Assembly (NCBI RefSeq): GCF_000223395.1
Contig: NC_015931.1
Span: 690,001 to 722,000 of the forward strand
From: Pyrolobus fumarii 1A
GTDB lineage: Archaea > Thermoproteota > Thermoprotei_A > Sulfolobales > Pyrodictiaceae
Direction: 5' to 3'
DNA: 32,000 bases
Notes under the pieces: generated by a model
Databases searched by the model: none
Seen by the model: only the letters and a program-made list of their open reading frames with translations
Told to the model about the DNA's origin: nothing
Shown here: positions 16,675 through 24,113 of the stretch, one piece after another
Numbering within the stretch: the stretch's first letter is position 1
Layout of the letters: each line of letters opens with the position of its first letter
Program-made: the position numbers and the translations under genes

Positions 16675-18222
16675 GTGTTTGCTCCCATACCGCGCGAGCA
16701 CGGCGTGATAGTAAAGAAGTGCCGTGATTGTCTTCGTGTAGCACTACTGTACCCGTCTATTTACCAAGTAGCTGTGGCCAGCCTAGCATACCAGCTGATA
16801 TACTATATGCTAAATAGTATGGAACATGTTGTAGCAGAGCGTTTTGTGCTACCTAGTTTGGACGAGTTAAGCACTCCTCTCCGTAGTCTTGAGACTGGTG
16901 CTCTTCTCAAGCATTTCGATGTTATCATTATACCTGTGTCGTATGAGCTTGACTTGATGTACGCTGTTCACGCGCTTCACGTGTCCGGCGTAGAGCCTTA
17001 CGCTGAGAAGAGAAGACACCCAGTAATAGTCGTGGGTGGACCGGTACCATCAATGAATCCTGCACCGTTCTATCCACTTGCTGACGTGATTGTGATTGGT
17101 GAAGCCGAGCCTACACTACCATTGCTCGTTGAGACGCTCTACACTGATGGCGTAGACGCGCTTAAGGCTTCCGAGGGTTTCTTGACCAGATACACCGTAG
17201 AGGCTGGCGAGAAGAGCCGTAGGGTGTACGTTGAGGATCTGGACTCGACTTTCCACCCGATACTGCAGTTCCGTATACCTGGTAGCGGCGAGCCGTGGGG
17301 AGAGGCTCTCCTCGTGGAAATCTCGAGAGGTTGCAGGTGGATGTGCAGGTTCTGCATGGAGGCTTTCTTCACACTACCCTGGAGAATTAGGAGCTTCACC
17401 AAGATACGCGAGATTATAGAGGAGGGTGTTGAGGTTAACAAGGTTTCTAAAGTTGCTTTCTACTCTTTGAGTTTCTTCGACCACCCGGATGCCGATAGGC
17501 TGCTCGAATACCTCGCCGAGAATAAACTAGAGGTTAGCATTGGTAGCTTGCGTGCGGACACCCTTAACCGAGATAGGCTGGAGATGCTCGCCAGACTTGG
17601 ACAGAGAACGGTAACAATAGCCCCCGAAACCTTCTCGCCACGGCTGAGTTGCGCGATTAACAAGGTGATAGGCCGCAGTACTGTAGAGGAGCTTGTACTA
17701 GAAGCCCGTAGGTTGGGACTCCACCCTAAACTATACCTTATGCTGGGGTTGCCGGGCGAGCAAGACGAGGATGTCAAGCACGCTGCTGAGATACTATCTA
17801 GGCTCTGGAGGTTATCCGGCGGCTCCATGCGCGTAACTGTTAATCCTCTCGTGCCTAAGCCGTGGACGCCTCTACAGTGGCATCCCTTCATAGACGAGAA
17901 GAGGTACGAGGCGAGAGCCAGACTATTACGCCGTGCCGCACGGAACGTTGATATTCTTAGCTACAGGTGGGCGTACGCACAAGCTGTTATAGCGCGTGGG
18001 GGTGTAGAAGCTGGTTTAGCGGTCATAGATGCTTCTAGGGAAGCTCCTAGGCTGGGTACCGTACTACGCGCCCTTAGGAAGACAACATGGGGGAGGAAGG
18101 TTCTGGAGGGATTTGAGCCTGGAGAAGAGCTACCCTGGGAGAAGCTCGTAGACCCGGGCTACCCTGTGGCCGCTCTAAGGAGGAGCTTTGAGGCAGCACT
18201 CTCGTGTCTAGGGCGGGGATAA
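16675..18222 (+). CDS. Radical SAM protein with an N-terminal B12-binding-like domain (TIGR03960-like class, from memory)
   Basis: EISRGCRWMCRFC (C-x3-C-x2-C). The N-terminal LLYPSIYQVAVASLAYQLIYYMLN...ERFVLP and PVIVVGGPVPSMNPAPFYPLADVIVIGEAE resemble that class. 515 aa. GTG start. Confidence 0.8.
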   Translation: MFAPIPREHGVIVKKCRDCLRVALLYPSIYQVAVASLAYQLIYYMLNSMEHVVAERFVLPSLDELSTPLRSLETGALLKHFDVIIIPVSYELDLMYAVHALHVSGVEPYAEKRRHPVIVVGGPVPSMNPAPFYPLADVIVIGEAEPTLPLLVETLYTDGVDALKASEGFLTRYTVEAGEKSRRVYVEDLDSTFHPILQFRIPGSGEPWGEALLVEISRGCRWMCRFCMEAFFTLPWRIRSFTKIREIIEEGVEVNKVSKVAFYSLSFFDHPDADRLLEYLAENKLEVSIGSLRADTLNRDRLEMLARLGQRTVTIAPETFSPRLSCAINKVIGRSTVEELVLEARRLGLHPKLYLMLGLPGEQDEDVKHAAEILSRLWRLSGGSMRVTVNPLVPKPWTPLQWHPFIDEKRYEARARLLRRAARNVDILSYRWAYAQAVIARGGVEAGLAVIDASREAPRLGTVLRALRKTTWGRKVLEGFEPGEELPWEKLVDPGYPVAALRRSFEAALSCLGRG

Positions 18223-18226
18223 CCAG

Positions 18227-19843
18227 GTGAGGCTTGAGAGTATCTGGAAGGGTCTCGTGTATGCTGCTGAGGAGATGGGCTCGGTGTTGCGCCGTACAGC
18301 GGTAAGCCCCAATATACGCGATCGTCTTGACTTCTCCTGCGCGATTCTGGACCCTGAGGGGAGGTTAGTAGCGCAAGCCGAGCACATCCCTGTCCATCTT
18401 GGTGTGCTTGCCTATAGTGGCCCGAGGCTAGTGGAGGAGATACACTCCCACGGGTTCGAAGAGGGTGATGTGTTCGTCTCTAATGACCCATACATGCTGG
18501 GCACGCATTTGAACGACGTGACCCTAGTCAAGCCTGTCTTCTACTCGGGTAGGCTCATAGCATGGCTTGCTGTCAAGGCACACCATGTTGATGTTGGCGG
18601 GAGGGCACCAGGCAGTATAGGCGGCGCTTCTAGGATTGATGAGGAGGGTGTACTCATACACCTTGAGAGGCTGGTTGAGAGGGGAGTACAACGCTTCGAG
18701 CGTTTATCTAGTCTCATTACGGCCTCTCGAACACCAGACGCGCTTAAAATGGATCTCCATGCGCAACTCGCTGCGTTGAAGTGGGGTGAGTCGCTCCTCG
18801 CGGGACTCGCAGAAAGGTATGGGGCCGATGCCTTGCTCGATGCCATGCGTTGGAGTCTAGAGTATGTCAAGAGGTATGCTGGACGAGTATTTGGCGGGCT
18901 GGAGGGTAGGGCCGAGTTTAGCGATTGGCTTGAGGACGATGAGGGTGCCAAGCGCGTCGAGACTGTACTGGAAGTGTACAAGGGACACGTCCGTGTGTAT
19001 CTTCGTGGGCCGCGTCAGTTACCGAAGGCTGTGAACGCTACGCTTCCGTCTACTGTTGCTGCTGTCGCGTACACGCTTAAGGCGGTACTCGACCCAGATA
19101 TGCCGGTCAACTATGGACTGTATGAAAAGCTGAGTGTGAACGCCGAGGAGGGTAGCGTATTCAATGCGGTGCCGCCTGCCCCGGTCTCAGCCTACACGGA
19201 GACTGTACAACGCGTCGTTGATCTCGTGCAAGGCGCTCTGGCGGAGCTTGCGCCTGGCCGCGTGCCAGCCGCCTCTGGAGGCTCAATGACTAGCATAGCC
19301 ATGGGTGGCGAGGGCTGGGCTTTCTACGAGACCATCGGCTGCGGCTCCGGCGCCAGACCCGACAGCGACGGCGTGGACGGCGTGCACGTTAACATGACTA
19401 ACACTCTAAACACTCCAATCGAGATACTCGAAAACCAATACCCCATTCGCATAGAGGCTTACGAGCTGCGCAACGACTCGTGTGGCCTTGGTAAGTGGCG
19501 AGGAGGCCTCGGGATAAGGAGAGTATACCGCGCACTACGCAAGACGACAGTCTCTATTGCAGGGAGCCGCGTCTGGACCAAACCATGGGGGCTAGAAGGC
19601 GGAGAGCCAGGCGCACGCGCAGAATACAAGATAATACGCAAGGATGGCCGTGTTGAGCTTCTCCCTCCGCTGGCCGTCGCAAAACTAGAGCCTGGCGACC
19701 TGCTGGTAATCGAGACGCCAGGTGGAGGTGGTTACGGGAACCCTTGCGAGAGGAAACGTGAGCATATGGAAGCGGATGTGAGAGAAGGCAAGGTTAGCCT
19801 CGAGAGAGTAGAGCTGCTGCAAGCCGAGTGCACCAGACAATGA
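18227..19843 (+). CDS. Hydantoinase B / oxoprolinase family protein (HyuB-type subunit)
   Basis: AVSPNIRDRLDFSCAILDPEGRLVAQAEHIPVHLG and the C-terminal LVIETPGGGGYGNP are characteristic of Hydantoinase_B. 538 aa. GTG start 4 nt after the radical SAM stop. Confidence 0.85.
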   Translation: MRLESIWKGLVYAAEEMGSVLRRTAVSPNIRDRLDFSCAILDPEGRLVAQAEHIPVHLGVLAYSGPRLVEEIHSHGFEEGDVFVSNDPYMLGTHLNDVTLVKPVFYSGRLIAWLAVKAHHVDVGGRAPGSIGGASRIDEEGVLIHLERLVERGVQRFERLSSLITASRTPDALKMDLHAQLAALKWGESLLAGLAERYGADALLDAMRWSLEYVKRYAGRVFGGLEGRAEFSDWLEDDEGAKRVETVLEVYKGHVRVYLRGPRQLPKAVNATLPSTVAAVAYTLKAVLDPDMPVNYGLYEKLSVNAEEGSVFNAVPPAPVSAYTETVQRVVDLVQGALAELAPGRVPAASGGSMTSIAMGGEGWAFYETIGCGSGARPDSDGVDGVHVNMTNTLNTPIEILENQYPIRIEAYELRNDSCGLGKWRGGLGIRRVYRALRKTTVSIAGSRVWTKPWGLEGGEPGARAEYKIIRKDGRVELLPPLAVAKLEPGDLLVIETPGGGGYGNPCERKREHMEADVREGKVSLERVELLQAECTRQ

Positions 19844-20066
19844 AGCTATAGCATGAGTACTAGCGCCATATCCTACCGGCTTATAAGACCAAAACTAATG
19901 AATTTTAAAATCCCTGGAAAAGAAGGGTGGAAACCACTACTTGACAGCAAGACGAAATAGTAAAGCGTTGGGAAAGGAGCTTAACGTTGAGCTTCTGGTG
20001 TACTTCTCCGGCATACCAGCGATAGCTACACCTAAATCAAAAGGAAACGAGGGAGTAATTGACATA

Positions 20067-20474
20067 CTAATCCCGTCTTTGCGATCTTAACGACACTCTT
20101 GTAGAAATCCCTAAAGAGTCGTAAACTATTATACTATCCTTTAACATCTGTTTAACTATGTTATCTTCTAACATCTGCTTGGTTACTATTATTATGTCTG
20201 CGGGTAACCTTTTGGGTTTCAATCTATAGACTTCCTCCTCAACATCCTCTATTTCTAACTCATCACTCACAACTATCATTACATCATAGTCTCTAGGTTC
20301 TCTATTCTCTACACCCACCCTGGCTCTGCCGCCAAATACTATTATCGTTGCTTTCCCTTCCAGTTTCTTAGTGAGCCTCTCCATAAACTCTCTAAACATC
20401 CTTGGTCTCTTCTCTAACGCCTCTTTCCTCGCCCTCAAGTATTTTTTCAACAAATCTCCTGATTCTCTCGGCAT
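20067..20474 (-). CDS. Minimal nucleotidyltransferase (MNT), antitoxin-type partner of HEPN (cassette 1)
   Basis: IIVFGGRARVG...PRDYDVMIVV matches the Pol-beta-type NTase G[SG]xAR...DxD motif. An alternative ATG at 20399 would cut the overlap with HEPN to 8 nt. Confidence 0.8.
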   Translation of the reverse strand: MPRESGDLLKKYLRARKEALEKRPRMFREFMERLTKKLEGKATIIVFGGRARVGVENREPRDYDVMIVVSDELEIEDVEEEVYRLKPKRLPADIIIVTKQMLEDNIVKQMLKDSIIVYDSLGISTRVSLRSQRRD

Positions 20475-20808
20475 ACTCGATACACCTTATAGCAGTTCTC
20501 CGGTTGTAAACCACAAGCCGAGCACCCGGATATCTAGCCATTGTGTAGTGTTTCTCCAGCGCCTCGGCTGTAGAGTAAAGCTCCTCCTCTACCCTATAAC
20601 CCAGCGACTCGATAGCCTCCAGAAGCTCTACAAGACTGTGGGTGAAAGGGAAGCTACCAACTAGCTTTACCAGCACGGCTTTAAGAGCTAGTTCGGCGAA
20701 CTGCTGCGCATGGAAACACGCTAACCAGTATCTCTCACGTGATATATCATCCTTAGCCTCCTCGAGAAAAACGTAGGCTTTTTCGAGCCACTCGCGGAAA
20801 TCGACCAC
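20392..20808 (-). CDS. HEPN domain protein (cassette 1)
   Basis: YWLACFHAQQFAELALKAVL...FTHSLVELL...HYTMARYPG is the classical HEPN (PF05168-like) pattern. 138 aa. GTG start. Confidence 0.85.
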   Translation of the reverse strand: MVDFREWLEKAYVFLEEAKDDISRERYWLACFHAQQFAELALKAVLVKLVGSFPFTHSLVELLEAIESLGYRVEEELYSTAEALEKHYTMARYPGARLVVYNRRTAIRCIEYAERIRRFVEKILEGEERGVREETKDV

Positions 20809-20918
20809 CGGTTACCAGCCGACATATCAGCTACAACGAAAACATACAAAGATTACGAGAGACTTAGCTATCGTTACGTGCCTCTCGCATAGAATGGCTT
20901 CCAGACTGACACCCCGAC

Positions 20919-22070
20919 TTAGACTCTCTCGAGGAGTGTCGCGGTAGCGTTAGACGCGGGGCCTCCGATGTCAACCACTAGTGCACGTCTTGCGTTATCC
21001 ACGTTAACACCTACGCCCTCACCTATGAGCTGTAGGTAGGCCTCTACAATCTGATAGACACCTGTCGCGCCGCCAACCTCGCCCCTAGCCTTGGTGCCAC
21101 CACTCGGGTTCACTACCGGCCTATCGTTGGCCCCAAACCTTCCCTCCTCGAGCGCGCGTGCAGCGTGCCCTTTCTCCACCAGGCCTAGAGACTCAAGCGC
21201 CAGCAACCCTGTTATGCTGTACACGTCACGCAACTCTATAACGTCTATGTTTATTGGCGTTAGGTTGAACCTCTTGTATAGCCTCTCGGCGACTATCCTC
21301 ACCGCGCGTAGCTCGTCAATAGCCGGGCGGAGTCCAAGGCTCTGGTAGTCCGTCGCAGCCTCGACACCCTTAACCTCCACGTGCTTCTCACAACCCTCCA
21401 CACCCTCCCCCACTAGGAGCACCACAGCAGCACCATCGGAGACCGGCCCAGCATCGAACTGGTGTAGAGGCTCTGCTAGCAACGGGCTCCTCTCGACAGC
21501 CTCCGGCGTCAGCGGGTTCCTCAGGGCTGCGTACGGGTTTCCACGCGCATTTTCATGCATCCTAACCGGCCATAGGCTGAGCTGCCGCCGCGTCACTCCA
21601 TACGTCTCCATATAGTACCTGGCCATCAGCGCATAGGCCGCCGCAACACCCATACCATAGTATCCCTCGTTTCTCGAATCCATCTCCAGCGTATCCACCC
21701 ACCCATGGACCCACGTCGGGTGGTCAGCCAGCTTCTCAACACCAACGAGCAACACGCTACGATACGCACCAGACGCCACAAGACCATATGCCAGTGCTAG
21801 AGCCGCACCACCAGACCCTAGGCCAGCCTCTACACGGAAAGCAGGTCTAGGCGTCAACCCTAACCAGGTCGCCAGATGGTCACCCAGAACCAACTGGTCG
21901 CCAAGCACACCGGAGAACGCGCTAGCAACCACTATGGCCTCCGGCTCCGTGCAAAGCCCGCCTCGCTTCTCGGCGTCAAGAAGAGCTTTGTCCACCAGCT
22001 CGACATAATCAAGGTCGTAGTGCCTACCCGGCCTTAGTAAGCCAACAGATGCTATGAAAACACGCCTCAT
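20919..22070 (-). CDS. Archaeal thiolase (acetyl-CoA acetyltransferase of the thiolase/HMGCS complex)
   Basis: Thiolase-fold pattern (GLGSGGAALALAYGLVASG, C-terminal VVNPSGGTKARGEVGGATG). Lies directly downstream of HMGCS. ATG 22070 preferred; GTG 22085 is the alternative. Confidence 0.9.
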   Translation of the reverse strand: MRRVFIASVGLLRPGRHYDLDYVELVDKALLDAEKRGGLCTEPEAIVVASAFSGVLGDQLVLGDHLATWLGLTPRPAFRVEAGLGSGGAALALAYGLVASGAYRSVLLVGVEKLADHPTWVHGWVDTLEMDSRNEGYYGMGVAAAYALMARYYMETYGVTRRQLSLWPVRMHENARGNPYAALRNPLTPEAVERSPLLAEPLHQFDAGPVSDGAAVVLLVGEGVEGCEKHVEVKGVEAATDYQSLGLRPAIDELRAVRIVAERLYKRFNLTPINIDVIELRDVYSITGLLALESLGLVEKGHAARALEEGRFGANDRPVVNPSGGTKARGEVGGATGVYQIVEAYLQLIGEGVGVNVDNARRALVVDIGGPASNATATLLERV

Positions 22071-22108
22071 GGCACGCCACCGCACTGTTACGCCGGGCGC
22101 TATTCGCC

Positions 22109-23164
22109 TCAGATCCTGTGTATAAGACCCCTATACTTCGCGTATAGCGCGTAATCAACGTAGGCTTTTGACGCGATATAATCGTCGACTCCCGGTGCAC
22201 GCTCACGAGCCTCGACAACCCTCTCCGTCACTATGAAGCTGTAAGCATCGCTACCAGCGCCACTACCGAACGGGGCAACCAATACACGCGCACCGGGTTC
22301 CGCGTGGTCAAGCACACGAGCAAAACCGAGCAACGCAGACGCGTTATACGTGTTGCCGATGAGAGGTGTGACAAGACCGGTCTTCACCTTCTCAGGTGGG
22401 AAGCCGAGCCTCTTAGCTATCTTTAATGGGAACTTACCATTAGGCTGGTGGAACACCACATAGTCAAAGTCGCTCGGCTTGAGGCCGAGCTCCTCCATGA
22501 GCCCCTTAACCGCACCCTCAATATGCGCGAAGTACGCTGGCTCCCCGGTGAACCCCTCCCCATGCCTCGGGTACTTGCTTCCATCCCTCCTCCAGAAGTC
22601 CGGCGTATCACTCACATAAGTGTAGACCCCCTCGACCACCGCCACGGCATCACTAGCAGAGCCAACGACAAAAGCAGCCGCACCACTCGAAGCACTAAAC
22701 TCTAACACATCACCGGGATTAGCCTGTGCCGTGTCACTCGCAACCACAAGCGCATACTCCACCTGCCCGCTCGACACGAGGCCAAGAGCAGCACGCAAAC
22801 CCTCGCTAGCAGCGCGACAAGCAAACTCCAAATCAGAAGCCATGGTGTGCGGCGTCGCACCCACCGCCTCAGCAATGATAGTCGCAGACGGCTTCACCGC
22901 ATAAGGCTTAGACTCGCTACCAACAAACACAGCACCTATCCTCGAAGGCTCGACACCAGCCCTACGAACAGCGTTAAGAGCCGCCTCAACACCCATAGAA
23001 ACACTATCCTCATCGATATAAGCCACGCTCTTCTCGCTCAACCCCAAGCCTTTAGGGACGGAAGGATCCCAACCCCAGACCTTAGCGATATCCTCGGCAC
23101 GGATCCTAAACCTCGGGATATAGGCACCCCAGCCTATGACGCCAACGCCCTTCAATTCAGCCAC
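22109..23164 (-). CDS. Hydroxymethylglutaryl-CoA synthase (archaeal type)
   Basis: IGWGAYIPRFRIRAEDIA, the active-site region LEFACRAASEGL and VVFHQPNGKFP. 351 aa. GTG start. Confidence 0.9.
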   Translation of the reverse strand: MAELKGVGVIGWGAYIPRFRIRAEDIAKVWGWDPSVPKGLGLSEKSVAYIDEDSVSMGVEAALNAVRRAGVEPSRIGAVFVGSESKPYAVKPSATIIAEAVGATPHTMASDLEFACRAASEGLRAALGLVSSGQVEYALVVASDTAQANPGDVLEFSASSGAAAFVVGSASDAVAVVEGVYTYVSDTPDFWRRDGSKYPRHGEGFTGEPAYFAHIEGAVKGLMEELGLKPSDFDYVVFHQPNGKFPLKIAKRLGFPPEKVKTGLVTPLIGNTYNASALLGFARVLDHAEPGARVLVAPFGSGAGSDAYSFIVTERVVEARERAPGVDDYIASKAYVDYALYAKYRGLIHRI

Positions 23165-23235
23165 GGCTCCACAGCCCCACCACGCAACAAGACCTCATCC
23201 TTTCTACTTGCACCAGTGGGATAAAAACCCAAGGA

Positions 23236-23292
23236 CACTAGTCTGCCCACCAACGTTACCCACTATAGACACTAGTCTATTTTCACTAGTCT
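23236..23292. repeat. Three copies of CACTAGTCT (23236-23244, 23270-23278, 23284-23292), each with an ACTAGT palindrome
   Basis: Read directly. Lies 72-128 nt upstream of the HMGCS GTG (23164). The first two copies extend to GACACTAGTCT. Confidence 0.45.
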
Positions 23293-23345
23293 TCTCGCAA
23301 GACTCCACAAGCAGTAAATTAACATAAGTTAACTAAGAGCGGCTA

Positions 23346-23438
23346 CACTATGAGAATAGCATGATAACATCTCGCACCATTTAAACAATGTTATAAATAC
23401 ATCCTCATCAAGAGGTTAACACAACACCATGAGAATAG
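23346..23438. repeat. Pair of 14-mers CAC[T/C]ATGAGAATAG (23346-23359, 23425-23438), each preceded by a GTTAAC palindrome
   Basis: Read directly. GTTAAC occurs at 23328-23333, 23415-23420 and 23487-23492. AGGTTAACA occurs at 23413-23421 and 23485-23493. Confidence 0.4.
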
Positions 23439-23514
23439 AGTCTCGTAAAACTAAGAAAAAGAGGGAAATGATACTCGCGGCAAAAGGTTAACATAGGAGG
23501 GTAAGATGTTATAT

Positions 23515-23521
23515 AAAAAAA
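23515..23521 (-). terminator. Oligo-T (T7 on the minus strand) downstream of the pilin-like gene
   Basis: The plus strand has A7 at 23515-23521, 49-55 nt past the pilin stop (23570). Archaeal terminators are typically T-runs. Confidence 0.4.
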
Positions 23522-23569
23522 GTTGGGGACATAGCCTATATAGACTCCTTCCATATTGTATGTACCCTC

Positions 23570-24013
23570 TTATGCCTGCTTGACGTACACGTTACCCGTG
23601 AACTTAAACCCATCAGTCGTCATGATGGTTATGACGTAGCTACCACCCGGCTGGAATCCGGCTGTGGACCACGCTGTACACGTCCACTTTAGTGTTGCTC
23701 TTTCGCCGGGTTTCACGAGATCAGGTGATGTAAGACCAGCGTCACTGTATGTACATTTCACATCACCTATCGTGATACTCTCGACGTTAGCATCGCCCGT
23801 ACCCTCGTTTATTACTGTTGCAAGTAGCGTCCCATTTGTATACAGAGTAGCGTCAATTATTCTTAGTGCTGGTTTTGCAGTGTAACCGGTCCATAGGCCC
23901 ATTAGCCAGCCAGCAACTGCAACACTGATGGCGATAGTCACTGCTATGATGATTATTGTTGCGATTACAGGGCTTATTGCCTTATAACTGCGGAACACGC
24001 CACCTTCACCCAA
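23570..24013 (-). CDS. Archaeal type IV pilin-like protein with a class III signal peptide
   Basis: The N-terminus ...FRSYKAISPVIATIIIIAVTIAISVAVAG has the (K/R)-A/G then ISPVIAT prepilin-peptidase motif and a hydrophobic helix. The remainder is Thr/Gly-rich and beta-like. Start ambiguous (TTG 24013 or GTG 23998). Confidence 0.75.
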   Translation of the reverse strand: MGEGGVFRSYKAISPVIATIIIIAVTIAISVAVAGWLMGLWTGYTAKPALRIIDATLYTNGTLLATVINEGTGDANVESITIGDVKCTYSDAGLTSPDLVKPGERATLKWTCTAWSTAGFQPGGSYVITIMTTDGFKFTGNVYVKQA

Positions 24014-24113
24014 TCCTTGTTAAGGACTGTATTAGACTTCGACTATTAAACACTATCTGTTATATTGCCTGCTACGAATACTACTTGATGAATTATGGTG
24101 GGGTATACTAACT

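Noticed and set aside
19925-19945. GGTGGAAACCAC dyad in the 19844-20066 spacer as a possible origin-recognition-box (ORB) element. The 27295-27885 island was also considered as an oriC.
   Set aside because: There is only a 4-bp dyad and a partial resemblance to ORB cores, with a single copy. No orc1/cdc6 gene is nearby and there are no repeated ORB-like elements in either region.
20063-20065. 43-codon minus-strand ORF starting one base after the MNT1 stop (MSITPSFPFDLGVAIAGMPEKY...)
   Set aside because: No motif, no conservation evidence, and it lies in a convergent terminator region.
23408-23554. 48-codon minus-strand ORF (MEGVYIGYVPNFFYITSYPPMLTFCREYHF...) in the HMGCS upstream spacer
   Set aside because: AT-driven Phe/Tyr/Leu composition and no promoter-like context. 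It is useful mainly as a control showing that ORFs of about 48 codons arise by chance here.
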